DNA of 64,000 nt, from assembly GCA_030141605.1 (NCBI GenBank), contig JAQGDQ010000091.1:62001-126000 (forward strand), read 5' to 3'. Below are positions 26,801 through 40,800 of this stretch, piece by piece. The notes beneath the pieces were generated by a model. That model was given only the letters and a program-made list of their open reading frames with translations, did not search any database and was not told the DNA's origin. The stretch is from Tubiluchus corallicola (Eukaryota; Animalia; Priapulida). Position numbers and translations under genes: made by a program. The first letter of the stretch is position 1, and each line of letters opens with the position of its first letter.

Positions 26801-29800
26801 CTGTACTGGCTGGTCAGCTATAAGGGATTAACTTTGGACTGTCAATATTAGTGAGTAACACAGTGATTTACCAAAAATTACGAAAGTTGTAATGGAGTCT
26901 AGTTAGCGCATCAATTTATGATTTTTGTCAGAGCACTTAGTCTTGTGCATATTACCGCATAATTACCGTCATGTACAAGTGTACACAGCAGTGCTAATAA
27001 GAACGAAACAAAACCAAAGACGCAAATACTAAATTTGTTGTCAGGCATTAGAGCGTTTATTATACAACACAAATACTATTATGTAGTTACCTCACCAGTA
27101 GACACAGTATCATTAGGAATAAATACTTCTGGGTAAACATTCCTTATGAACCAATCGAAGGACTGGCATTTTAAGTTCTCACGCAGTTGCTTCTGTCCCG
27201 GTACGTTAGCAAAATCAGCCTATTTCAAAGCACAATGATTATAAAAGTTTATGAATGAAAGTAAATTTGCTAAGTTAGTTAACATTAATTCTGGGTCCAT
27301 TTTCTTGATATTTCTGCCACTATTCTGCAAAACCGTCACAAAATCAACCGGTTTCTTGATAGTCGTAAAACGACACTTATTGAGAAAACTAATTGTAAGC
27401 AAAGTCACAGCTAGTACCTCTACGATAATAATAGTTCACAAACTTGATTAGTGCATTTTTAATTAATAGTCTGCTTTGACAGTTTTTAACACACACGACA
27501 CAGAAAAGGTTGTAATTCGAAATACAATTAAGATTTAGAAAGTGGTGACTTTATTATTCTTTCTTGTTGGGTTGCGCAACTGTTTTTATTCATTGCAGTC
27601 CAATGTTTACTTTTCAAGTAAATGTTTAATTTTTGTAGCACACACCATTGTGTGATGCGATTAATTTCATATAGTAATTCACGTAAGTTATTTAGTGTGT
27701 TTCAAAAGAGACACTGCACTAATAAATGCTGTAAGCATATCAATGTTAATACTTAAATTACACCATTCAATAAGTGCTGTCATACTTAATACATACTTCC
27801 AGTAGTAATTTTAGTATAACTAGCATTTCTTTGCCATTTAATTAGTATATTTCATCATATTAGCACAATTGTTATTACACTTTTTCTTTTCGAACAACCT
27901 GTATTGCAAATGTAACTTACTATATCATGCCTGACTCGGTCAAGATAATACTTCTTGTAGTCATCTAACCAAACCTCTGCCAATCGAGCTCCGTTCTTCC
28001 TGAGACAATTGATCCCAGGCTTCCATTTATAAGGGCTTCGGTCTCGGAAGATATGTCCCACATGTGAGCAAGGGATAATTTCTAGGCTGCCGCCACACAT
28101 CCATGTCTATATGGACAAATTGGCTGAAGTTTTATGTATATTATTCATTATACTTAGACAAAAAACTCAGTGGTAAAATAAGCCAAAACAAGCGTAATTG
28201 CGAAGCTGTATATTTTGTAAGAAACAGCATTACGATTATGGAAAGTTTAATTTATGTCAATTTAATCTATAACGACTAAATCAAGTGATAACTTTATTCA
28301 AATTTACGAATATTTAATATACCTTGAAGGACAACTCCAAATTTTCCCCACCCCATATTTCAAATCCTGGATCATAAGTTCCCAAACGTTCAAACCAGGC
28401 TCGATCAATGGAAAACAGTCCGCCAGCCATGGTAGGAGATATAAAAAATAAATCGAACATAGAGTGTTATTCACAAAAGATAAATCAGGGTGCGAAATAA
28501 AATCTTCTAGCGAAAAAATATTTGGTTATTTAACAATCAGTTATATAGTCAGGTGAGCAAATTAGGTCAAAATTAGATTCAGTTAGAGTTCTGTAAATGG
28601 GACTCCAAAGCAACGGGCGATGCAGATGCATTGAAAAAAGAAAGCTGGATGTTATAATTCAGTACACACACACACACACACACGCACACACACGCACACA
28701 TACACACACACACACACGTGCGCTCTCTCTCTCCCCGCCCGCATATTCCCTTTTTGTTTTTTCTGCCCCTCGCTTCTCCCCATCTCTCTCTTTCTCCCTG
28801 TCTTTATATTCTCTCTTTCTATCCATCTATCTCCCTTTTTTCTTTCCCCACTTCTCCTCCATCTCTCTCTCTCGCTCTGTTTGTTAACCTTTATATGTTT
28901 AGTTCGATGTTTTTGAGTGCGGTATGTTGTCATTTAACATTATTAACTTGTTTTTGTAATGTTTGCATAGTCAATGTATGTTCCTACTATGAATTCATGT
29001 TTGAAAATAAAATATTAAATCAAATCAATGCTACTTCTATTTTAGCACTTTCAAATAAAGCCTTTAAAAAATAAACAGTTTTCCTAAGAGACTGCTCAGT
29101 AAAGGATGCGCTACTCACTGAAGAGGATCAGCGTCGCTTTTTCTACGATCTTCCTCCCAATGAGGTATGACATGCCAGTTAAACTGCAGATTCCAATCAA
29201 ATCCTCCCACATTCATGGCGGAAAGTTCAATGTGTATATACTCTAATGTATCTTTGTCAATTACATCGACTACAGGGCATACAACAGTAGAAGAATTTCT
29301 AGCTATTCTATCAAGCAGTGGTATAAGCCACCCTATAACAACAAATTAGACGAAGCTGTCATGAAAGATAATTAAGCTAATGAAGGCATTTATTAGACAC
29401 TTTTTATACATGTAATGGCTTCTTCCGTCTGTTAAACTGTTCATCCTAAACAATCTCAATTTTCAATTTTTTGGGAAAGAGTTTGAGAATTATGAAACAA
29501 TGTTCAGAAATTCACTACAGCTAACATCACCAGAAAGCAAAAGAGCAAATCACAGTTAAGTTGGAAGACTATTGTTGATATTACAAACTTAGTGAGACTG
29601 TTCTCTTTGAGGTCTGTATACGTAGCTTTATAATGAAAGGAATTTATCTAGTTAAAATATTAGCTTATTTGATTGAAATACACACCTTCAGTACATTCAC
29701 AGTGACTGTCAAGGTACGTTAGTGTGGTCCCTTTAGCATGAACTGCACCTAGTAAGCGGGCTCTGATAAGACCTTCCCTTTTCTTTGCTCGCACAATCCT

Positions 29801-32595
29801 GACTTTACCCAAAGCTGCCATATATTCCTCTAATGGCTTTTGTAAATGATCTGAAAAAATGCAAAGACACAAACGTAATATTGCTGCAAGTCGTTATGCC
29901 AAGGTCAAAATGTTGCTGAAATGTTGTATCTTAAACCTCTGGCAACCTGATGTGCGCAGAGGAGATGATGAATGAGAGTTTGAAGAGCTATATCACGCTT
30001 CGCGACGTCATGACGAGGTAATGTAGCAATGTAAGTGCATCGCGTATTATTTCCACAATACTTATCCTTGAAAAAAATATTGTTGCCCGTAAAAGCTCAA
30101 TCGTTTAACACTTCTTTTAATCGTTTAATCGTTCTTCAAAAACAATATTCGCCTTTAAGATATTTTAACTCATAGGTCGCTTTTAGTTACGGTCTGAAAT
30201 GAAGTCCTAACTGTTTTCATTTACTCAGAGTTTTATCCAGAAACTGAAAAAAGATTTTATGGTTGAGAGGAGGCATTATAGAGTATATTAGACTGTGAAA
30301 CAGAATATTTTTTGCCGTAGCGAATACCCAAGTGGGCGACCGTAATTGGACAGGAACGTCAGGGGTGACGGGATGTGTGGCTATTGGAAAATGACGTTAT
30401 TTAGGCAATAAATATTCAAATCATTAAATTCCTTTTACATATATCTTCACTTTGTTTAAAAGAGCTTTATGACTACGACTTACTCGATAAACATAAAATT
30501 AATCCACATAGTTTACAGAAAAATAATATTTCAAAGAAAATTCTATCTATACAGTAGGTGTTGTATATGAAAAAGAATTAAAAATGGAAAAATGCGTCAC
30601 TAGAAGACAGCAGAAGAACGGCAAGCGACAACATGTCATATATAATACTGCTACGAAAATGACTTCTAACACTAAGCTTAAGAGGTTATAAAAAGTTTTT
30701 CTTATCGCCATCATTGTCATTGTCATTGACGCCATAATCACCATCATCATCATCATGATCATCATCATAGTCAATATCATTATCAATCGTTATCATTTTA
30801 TGGCAACATTTTACCACTTACCCATGTCTGAATCTGAGAAGTCATCGACTAGAACGATCTCTTTTACCAGTTCTGGAGGTGAACGGTCAAGCACAGAGTG
30901 AACTGTACGAAGAAGAGTAGACCAAGCTTCATTATGAAAACATATAATGACACTGGTGTCGGGAAGTTGAGAGATTGGCAGGTATTCTTGTTCAGCACAT
31001 CTAAAATTCACAGGTACGAATTAAACTCTAAATTATCAAAATGTTAGTAAAATCTCGTATTTCAGGAATATTATCTGCCCTCAGGGATATCAGGACAGAA
31101 ATAATTATACTGATGACTTTAAAATGGTAAGAGTAAATTTTTACAACTGTTTTAAGCTCTGCTAATAACAACAGAACCTTATTAATAAACAGGGCAGAGT
31201 AATTTTGAGAACTTTAATTGAGAGTCTTTTTAATTATTTGGCAGATTTTTTCACTCGTTTTGCATGTTCTTTGCACGAGAATGACCCATTATGTCATTTA
31301 GATGTAAAGGTATACAAAGCTTTTCACGAAACATTGAAGTTGTGTTCTTGAGTGTTTAATACCAGTTCCAGTCTCGCCGCAAACGTCAGTGTTATGGTGG
31401 ATTCTGTTGAGTGGCGTATACTGACCTATACTGGGCCAAAGTGTATAAAAAAAGCTGAAATTTAAAAGTAAATGAGCTTAGTTGCATCTTACCACAGTCA
31501 TTTACTAGCTAGATTAGCTGCAATCTTAATGATATCAACAATCCTGACATTTATTAAATTTTGAATATTAGGTCATAGTGCATAGTGCCTACTCAGGATC
31601 GCGGACATCTGGAAGAGCCCTTTGAAGTGAAACCATGTCACTTGCATAGACGTTAAATGCATGTTTCTGCTCTCCTTCTTCCATTTCTCGTTTCTCTCCA
31701 GCAGTGAGATTATCTAATATGACAGCTACACCCCATTCACCAGGTGCATCCGGATTATGCCTGTTCAAAAGCAGGTATAACACATATAAGGTTTCAGTTT
31801 AATTATTGCAAAATCATGAGTGTCTACCCTTTTGCCATTCTTATTACATATATATATCTTCTAAACTTACGCAAGAAGAAATATTTATTATTAGTTAAAC
31901 GAACAAAATTACTTATTAAGACAATCTGCAAGCTTAATAAAAAAAACTGTTGCCAGAATTTTCCCAACTGACGTTTCTGCTCGTTGCTGCTAATCAGATT
32001 CAGTTTGGTATCAGCCATAAAAGGTTACCAACATGAAGAATTCTCTTAATTAGTATGCTTTCAGACGATTCAGTAGTTTTTTCAAAATTAATCTAATGCA
32101 CATATATGTACTCGAAATTACTTACCCAGGAATGATTTTACAAAAATCTTTCTTGTCATACAAATCTTTTTCTTCTCCTTCTATTTCACTGTCTCTAATT
32201 ATTTCTTCGATGCGCTTAATGATAGGCTTGTGACTAATTGCAATATCAGCAGTGTCATTAGCTGCATCATTTGGCACAGATATGTAGTCCAAATTTCTCT
32301 GAGCCGCTTCTTGGGAGGCAAACTCAAATTGTGACTCTTTTTTCGCAGACTCAAACCACTCATTTTTTTCCAGGTAAGGAGATGCATCTATTAAATTATC
32401 TTGTTTCCGAGTTAAATGAAAACTTTCTGTTGTATCTGAATGAATGCCACAAATGACCACAAAAGAGTCTTCTAGGTCCAAACGTTTCAATTTTCTTTTA
32501 TCATAATATGCAAGTATAGGGACAATAAGAAACCATATTCCTGGATTGAGGACTATTGACCTGAATGCAAAGGACCTTTTTAAAATGATACTCAT
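22876..32595 (-). CDS. Polypeptide N-acetylgalactosaminyltransferase paralog B (pgant9/gly-5-like, CAZy GT27 + ricin lectin), 11 exons, about 665 aa; possibly degenerating
   Basis: Exons (minus): 32595-32126, 31760-31593, 31000-30822, 29850-29686, 29332-29119, 28440-28323, 28106-27921, 27219-27091, 25429-25322, 23560-23432, 23007-22876. Motifs [66 protein letters not shown]. No internal stops in the exons, but the exon 6 acceptor is AT rather than AG. Confidence 0.85.
23763..23862. repeat. (TA)n microsatellite
   Basis: Directly visible. Confidence 0.95.
24972..25135 (+). ncRNA. RNU1: U1 spliceosomal snRNA (full-length gene, variant or retrocopy), antisense in GALNT-B intron 9
   Basis: Starts ATACTTACCTGG; loop I GATCAAGAAG; U1A loop CATTGCACTT; Sm site AATTTCTGG; terminal stem GGGGGATGCG-TTCG-CGCTATCCCC; 164 nt. 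Confidence 0.93.
25536..26566. mobile_element. Non-autonomous Mutator-like (MULE/foldback-type) element with subterminal ~15-bp repeats
   Basis: Left-end arrays (GGAAAAAATGGCACA-like) are inverted relative to right-end arrays (TGTGCCATTTTTACC-like). Flanked by 9-bp near-duplicates ATTTTGCTA (25527-25535) and ATTTTGTTA (26567-26575). Confidence 0.7.
28664..28717. repeat. (CA)n microsatellite followed by a CT-rich tract
   Basis: Directly visible. Confidence 0.9.
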
Positions 32596-33289
32596 TGCGG
32601 ATCCTGTCGAAGTTTCATTCCTGAAAGACTTTAAATGGTCACAGCAAGATTTCTTGTGATAAAATATTTCTATGCTATGTTGGTGGCTTGGTATACAACG
32701 TTTGCTTCTGGAATGACGACGAGTAAAATGATCTTATAATTTTATATATTGGGCTCATACTATAGGCCTAATTTATACCATCAAGTGGGATACTTTTAGG
32801 TCATCTGCAAACATTGGACAATTACAGTAAATATCCTTAAACGGGCTAACAAATGCAGTGACCCGGCTTTTGCCTGGTTTAACATGTAGCCAGAAATCAT
32901 TAATACAAGGTGGTTGCTGCAATTTGATTTTCAATTGGTTTCAAAAGATATTTCACATTGTCAAAAAGTTTGTAAAATCCACAGAATCAATTTTAGCCAT
33001 AAATTACAGCAAAAAGTGACAGAAAATGCTTCAACTGTAAAAAAACCAAATTAACAGCTCCTTAGTTTTAAATGAAAATTGAATATTATTAAATTAATTT
33101 AATTATACGTGTGGTCCTCTTTTGCGGGTCCAAAACTAACCTAGTATAAATAAAAGAGGCTTTACATTGAAGTGAGCTTAGTGAATAATACCCACTAGCT
33201 GTAATATAGCAGGGAGAACATTATTATATTCTTTAAAATTTAATTTTGGTTAGGGCATATGTAAGCAGAATAGGAAAGCACATGAAGTT

Positions 33290-33480
33290 CATACAGAAGA
33301 GTTCGGAGACACACGGACACAAGCCTTGGATGATATAAAAATTGGAAAACTTTCATTAAAAGCAGCTGAAGCTGAGTATAATATCCGGAAGGCAATCATC
33401 CCAATCCAGTTGACCGAGTTAGAGAACCAACTGACGATAAAAACATTAAATACCAGATCTAATACAGCAACTAGCCTGCT
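33290..33480 (+). mobile_element. pogo/Tigger-type transposase N-terminal (HTH-psq/CENP-B-like) relic
   Basis: QALDDIKIGKLSLKAAEAEYNIRKAII...LTELENQL resembles the ALxxIxxGxLSxxxAAxxYxIPxxTL psq-type helix-turn-helix. No intact transposase follows. Confidence 0.5.
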
Positions 33481-36400
33481 GGGATTAGTGGGATACTCAA
33501 AGCATATGTTATTTTGCATTACTGTGTTACAAAAGGTATGGTAATACTGCAGCATTTAGATAGCTAGTAGTAATGAAATAATTAACATATTAGTTGTTTT
33601 TATTTTACATTTATATTTAATCTGCATAATTTGCGTGCAAGAAATGCAAACAGACTTTGACTATTATTATTTTCGTCGCCATAGTGTTACCAGTTAACTT
33701 AGTTATGTTTATCTAGTTGTGCTAGTTACTTGTAGACGGAATGAAAATTTAACTTAATTGTGTAAATATTCACGGTTAGTTTATTTAGTGAGTTCAAATT
33801 TCAACTCCAAAACTGTCTGCTTTGCTGCTTACAACTATTAGCAATACGGGAAACCTTGTCATCTGCTCACCTATTGCAAATAAATGGTTTACAACTTTAC
33901 GCAAAACTGGGCAAACCTGGTGATATCAACAATACATTGTACACGCAAAACTATTGAATTATTAATGCGCGAAAGCTACTGCTGAAAGCAAAACCACTGA
34001 AGGTCTTACTACTTTTCACAATTAATAGCTTAACACATTGACTATACTAATTATTACAAAAGCCATATAGACAATACAGCCATATTCCGTGGCAATACGT
34101 TCTCCTAGATCAGACAGACAATTAAAGTAACTACAACTGTTATAAATCAAAAACACGCCTCAAAATTGCAATGTTAATTAAGTTTCTTATAATTTTCGTT
34201 TTGGTAAAAATGCTTTTTGACGGGACCGATAGTCTTGTGGACAGATCAGCTTTTAATTTATATAATTATGTTGTTACTTCAAAATACATCAAAATTTATT
34301 AGAACTATTTTTGACTATGTGATATTGTATATATGTATATACACATAATATATCTACACAACTCAGTCGACGATTTTGATTACTGCAGTAGGGGAACTTA
34401 AAAATGGTTTAAAGTCCAAAAGTCAGTCTGAAGAGTGATATCTAGCCAAATGCTATTTGGTGCCAAACACCAAGCAAAATGATTCGTTACATCTATAGCA
34501 TCTTTTCCAACACTTTGGCGACGTATTTAATGATGTGGAGACAGTGATTCGAGATAGAAAACCAATGGTTAAAGCAAAAATAGCTGTATCTAGCTAATAC
34601 CAGGTTGGCCTACGCATCGGATTTTTCATTGAATTTCTTTTAGGTGTAGGCTCAAGTGTAGTTAAAAGTCAACGGTCATATTAAAGGTCTAAGGTCAATG
34701 TTGTTGTTGGGTATGACCTTTTGAAAATTAAAAGCTTAAGCCTTAAGGCTTTGGCACTGCAAATCCACAAAGAATCGTCATTAAACTTCAGACGAATATA
34801 CTAAAATGAATTTCACCCTGACTGAGGGAGTGATTGCATTTTCGATCAGACATTTTGAATTCTAGATGGCGGTGGTAACATTATTTTGGAAAAAGCCTAT
34901 GGCTCCATAAATTTGAAACGGATCATAATGAAACTTTAAACCAAAATGAATTCTCTGCATTAACGGACAGTCAGATTTTCGATATACCATCTTGAATTCA
35001 AGATGCAGCATTGATATAGGCGCTTATAACCATAATATGTATATAGCTGCTATTGTTATCATTATCAATTTCTAATATACTACTGAAACTCTAAAAAGCA
35101 TTATAGTGTTGTGGGTAATGTCCACGAAGTTGTCAGTTATCAGAGCAGACTTACATAATAATTTGCAGGTGAACAACAATGTGATTTGGCTAGTTTCTAT
35201 ACACAAGCATAAATGTTTTTATGTTTCGGTAGATTTTTTATTGGTTTAAGGCACATACTGTTCATCCTATACAATTTACAATACCACAAACGAATTACAA
35301 GTACACTGTTTTATTTGCACTGTAATCTGTAACTAAAATTGCCTTAAGTATATCGTTGTAATACCTCCTGGTCCCTTAATTACAGTAGAGTAGTGAAAAG
35401 CATATACTTCGGAATGGCAAACAATTATTGGTACTGTCAATAAGAGTAAAATAAAAACTACAAATTTAAAATAAAAATTGTAAAGTCTTAAAATAGATCA
35501 TAACAACACAAAGAATTTCATAAGTTTTAGTGATGCTGAATGATTTGCAGCAGCATAAAAATTATACTAAAGCCTATTTTCTATAAATAAAATAAAGACA
35601 CTGAATTAAGTAACTGACGAAATGAGGTATACTTGCTCATGCTTGGATACTAAAATTTGCTAGTTAGTTCGGGGACAACATTTTTAATTCTCATTCTTTA
35701 CACCTACATTTGAAGCTATGAAAATAGTTACAGCAGACAGACGGAATAACCTGCAATAAAACAAACTGAATTGCAATCACTAGCTGTGTTTGCAGATATA
35801 AAATTGTATGAAACTTTATAATAAGCATAGTAATACCTAAAGGCCAGCCAAGAACCTGCAAAAGCTTTCACGACAGAACTCATCTATGAGTAAAATGAAC
35901 ACACCCGTTATAGTATTATAGGTGATGTTATTACTTTTAGCAAGCTATAACTGAATATTACAATAGCAGATTTTCAAAGTTCAACATGCACATGTTCTGT
36001 GTGATAATGTGAGCACCAAGCAAATAACTTATACTAATATGTTTTTTTTGATAGCTGTAGTATATGTTATAGGAGCCCAAAATGATGTCATTATGCTTCT
36101 GCTAAAAAGTTTCATTTTTCTGCTTGCAAAATTACATCATGCATTGTCAGTTACTAAATTGATATCTAAAACCAGTCAAATTTAACATACTTGGCAAACA
36201 ACACATATTCTGACATGCAAACTACAAGTATTGGGGCAGAAGTATCTGGAACATTTTAACTCAGTGCAGTACAGTACAAACCCCTCAATGTGCCAAGAAT
36301 GCCACAGAAAGTAAAACCCTTCCACCTACCAAACCACATCAAAACTTATTTACAAGAATTATTCTGGACTATGAGACAAATACTCACACAGTAACCTTTG

Positions 36401-37865
36401 GAATTAACATTTAACTTTAGCACCAAATGTGGTACGCATATAATAAGTACACTGGTATTATTGCTTTAATGAGTTTATAAGTACGAACATTAAACGAATC
36501 AATTTAATAAAGATTCAAAAATTTCATGTGGTACAAGTTACAAGTACCTGTCATGTTTCCCTCTTTAATAATAATATGCTTTTCAATAATATTGAATTTG
36601 ACACTGTTAACATATAAAAACAACAGCTTCAATTAAATATTAGAATATTGCAAATCATTAAAAACCTGTTTATATAAACAGCACAAACAAGAAATTCTAT
36701 AGGAAAGAGACTGCGACGAAATGCCTACTCACACTGAAAGGGCTTACTGTAAGGTACTTAGTCAGTTTTCTTTGGGCACTGCTTGTTTTAATCCATCAAT
36801 TTTTATTATACAAAAATTAATGTATAAGCCTTTTCAGTACTTATATTTATAGAAACATTTAGATTTAGAGAAATGATATTATAAGCTCATTGATCCAAAT
36901 GGGTTCTGCAGTTAGTCTAAACAGCAGCAAAAAGACACTGTCTAATATAGTCTAGTGCAAGTAAGTAAACACTTTTAATGGGAGTAAGCTCGTATATGAC
37001 AAGACGGAGAGACTAGGAATGCTTTGCGCATTGTTTCATAAAACTTATTAAAAGTTAACAATCACTAAGACCATTTTTGAAGAAAAAGTAACAGTGACAG
37101 CCATTTACTCGTCATTAAGTACGAAAATAACATCAACATTACTCCTCTTATTAGACATGCAAAATATTTACATTGGCTTTATTTGTTACAACTTGTTAAC
37201 AAACTAATTCAATATTAGTTAATAAAAACTTAACAACAAAGTGCTGTCAAAATTTTACGGAAAATAAAGTGACAAATTAGTAAATCCTATTTATTTTCAT
37301 AGAATTTCAATACTTTTATTTTTAAATTGATCACTTATGGAGACCTAGCTTTTCTGTTAAAAAACCAATTCAAATGTAATGATGTCTTTAAACACCAAGC
37401 AGTAGTATGCTAATTAGTGATGCTTACATGCAATAATGTGAAAGCGTAACCTGCATCATAACACTTGTGACGTGTTACAAGTTATTATTAATCAAACATT
37501 TTTTATAAACTGATTTAATTTTTTATAAAAAATAGTATAATTGTTTCTCTTGCACTCACCCAAATGCACAGAAGATTGGTTTTTGCTGATAAGCAAACAA
37601 AAGCACTCTTTTTTACAAAAATATTTTACATAGCAAAATATACAAACAACCAAAAGCTGCTCCCAGACTGAAATCCTCTCATTAAAACGACCATCCTTTT
37701 GCAATTTTGAAATCTTCTAGGGCAATGTTTTAATGCTCGAGAGAGATTAGCACAGAACCGATGTGGAAGTTGTAGCAACCACATGCACAACAGGAATACT
37801 TTCTAAATATAAAACCCCAAAACTTATTTTATTGCTCACTACATTTTACTATAAATTATTATTTA

Positions 37866-40800
37866 CTATAACTTCTCGGGTTTGTAGTTTTCAAAGACCC
37901 AAAGCTGTCGTTGATTCGTTTGATCACAACTTTCCATACTGACATGTTCGTGGTCTGTCTTCATCTCCATACACTTTGAACTAGATTCATGGCGGATAGT
38001 GTTTGTCTACAATCAATAATAATTGTTAGTTGGTGATTCATGAAGCTGTTTCTACTCATGAAGTGCAATTAGCATTCATTAATAAAGAAGAAATGCCAAC
38101 CTGCAACAATAACTTGGTTGGCAACTTAAAGATGCAAATGTTAACAGGGATATAGAAGTTCCTTACTTTTAAGAACTAATTCTAGCCTCAGTTTTAACAA
38201 CTAGTTCCTATTCCTAGTTCTTTTGCAAATAAAGCTAATTTCAGTTTCTATTTCTTCCATGACAAGAAGAACTTTCAAGTTCGTAGTTCCTGTGACATTT
38301 CAAAAACTTACATTGTGGTCATATTTCCATAGTTGATTTCCTTTTTGACCATGACATGGGTAAATTATTACATCTTTGCCTGCGAAGTCCAAACAAGCAT
38401 CGTCTCTACGAATTTCTCCGTCCTTACTCAATTGCCAGAACTATAATAATAGTAATGCAACTGTTATTGAAATATTTTTGACTTGCAAGAAAAAAGCCTC
38501 AGTTTTGAGAGTGAATTTTTAATATAGCATCGAACTTAAAACCAATTAAATAATAGTCAAAAGAGTTAATGTGTAATTAATATCTTATGTATAATCATCA
38601 TTATATATACATCAATATATATACATCAATATATATATATATGATGCACTACCAAGTCATATCAAAAACACATAGTGTTAGAAAACCATACAGATTTACT
38701 GTACCATAGTGACAGGTCGAGAGGTTCCTTGTTTACCTGATTATGTCTATCCAGTTTCTACTAGTGCAAAGATGAAAAATGCAAAATGTTTTAGTTTGTA
38801 AATTATGCAGTATGCATCAAGGTAGATTACATTATACTAAATTTGGCTAAGAATATATAAGCAACACTATTACTAAAACTACTGCTTTATTAAAACAAAG
38901 AACATGACATATGAAATCACCACTTTGTTTTATCACTAGGTTTATCATACACTTTGTGCCACATACAAGGTACTGTGATTGTGGGTTGTTTGGTTGGTGA
39001 TTTTATGGTTCTGTGTTTTTTCCTTGTGGTCTTTATTCACTGTGTCTCACAGCCTCTGTGGCTTCTTTTGATACTGTATCCCTATTTAATGGTGACATGT
39101 TTTGGATGTGTTACTAATACGAAAAAAAACCAGAAAAACTAGTATTTACTTTCCCTTTCTTTAAATCTTTCATCTGATGATAAAGCAATAGCAATTTGAA
39201 ACACCATGTTCTTTTTTCTTAATTTGTGGGGTTTTTCATTAGTTGCAGGGAATTTATGACATTAAGAATTAAATTTGTGTTATAACTGAGAAAAGTCTGA
39301 CATATTGCAAGGCTATATAGCAACTTATCAAAACAGCAGGTGCGTAACTTTTACGGCAGTGGTTGTAAAAGAATAAATAAATTCTGATAAATAGCCAATT
39401 TAGACGTAACAAATAAGTTGAAACCTGGCAAAATCGAAACACAGCTATCAAAGTACAATGCCAGCATTATTTTATAACCACATTGTCCAGTGGCATTAAT
39501 TTTTACTAATTCACAAAATTCTCGGAAGTGATTAAATTATACCTTAAATGCGATTTTAAATGTCAAAATTTATATTTATAAAGATTATATTTCAAACTAA
39601 AACTTTCACCGGTTTCACTCAACACTAGCAGCATATCAAAAAACATAGTCAGCTGTTTAGTCATCAATCTGATAGCTGAAAGCCTGATAGCCAGCAATAT
39701 AACAACCTCTACAAAACTGCCTGCAAGGCAAGTCTGTCTTGGCCACTTAAATGTAGAAAAAACTCCAAACCTGATTTCCTTTCAAACCATGGCACCTGTA
39801 GGCAGAGACGGACTGACCTTTTGGCCGAACTACACCATCCAAACACCAAAGACTTCCATCGCCAGAATTTCGGATCTAACAATACCCATTTAAAATCACA
39901 CTCCGGTTTTAAATACTGACTGTGGTGTTCTCAAATAAGAGGAAAAGTGCGGCCTGTTAGTAAGATGTGAACCAGATCTAGTTCTACCTACCAGTTCCAT
40001 GAATAAAAAAATAGTAGGAAGCCGAGAAACTGCCCCATGCGCTTTATTAGGGTCATGCTATGCATGCACTTTGATTGTTAGTGCTCAACCTCTGTTGGAC
40101 ATACCTGGTTGCCACCCTGGCGATGGCACCGATACATTGATACAGGCTTGTGAAAAGCGTGACGATTAGCAGCGCTATCTAGACACCATTGTGACCCGTC
40201 ACCTTTGTTACGAACCTAGAAATAGCAGAACGGTATGAAGACACAAGACAGGGTGTGCTATAAAAAGTGTCGAGTCTATTTTATTGAAAGGAAAACTGGA
40301 CCATCACAAATGATTTTTGTGCTTCATGCGTGCATAGTGAAAAACAGCAAAGCAGAAAAAGATATTTCAATTTATACTACAAATGACTGTTTTTACTGCG
40401 TAAAAAAGATCCTCCCACAGTTTTTTGTTTAATTTTCCTGAAAATTTTTAGGTGTTCAAAACACGAAACTCAAGTGGGAAATAGATGACACTATAAAAAT
40501 CAAACAGTTGCTACAATTATATGTTCATAAGTGAACAAGAAACTGCTCAGAGTCTTCAATAGGAATTTAGAAATATAATAATAAAAACAGCAATCTTTTA
40601 GGGCTCCATTAAAAAATAAAGCGACGGCAGGAGTAATACAATGTTGTGAAACGTAAAATATTTTGCAAAACGTAAAACTCCTGTACAAATTTCCTAAAAA
40701 GTGGAACCATTGTACACCCTGGAAGACTTGCTTGCTTTCTTGAAAGTGCTCATTTCTTATAGAAGTTATTATTATTATTATTATTACAGTAAATAAACAT

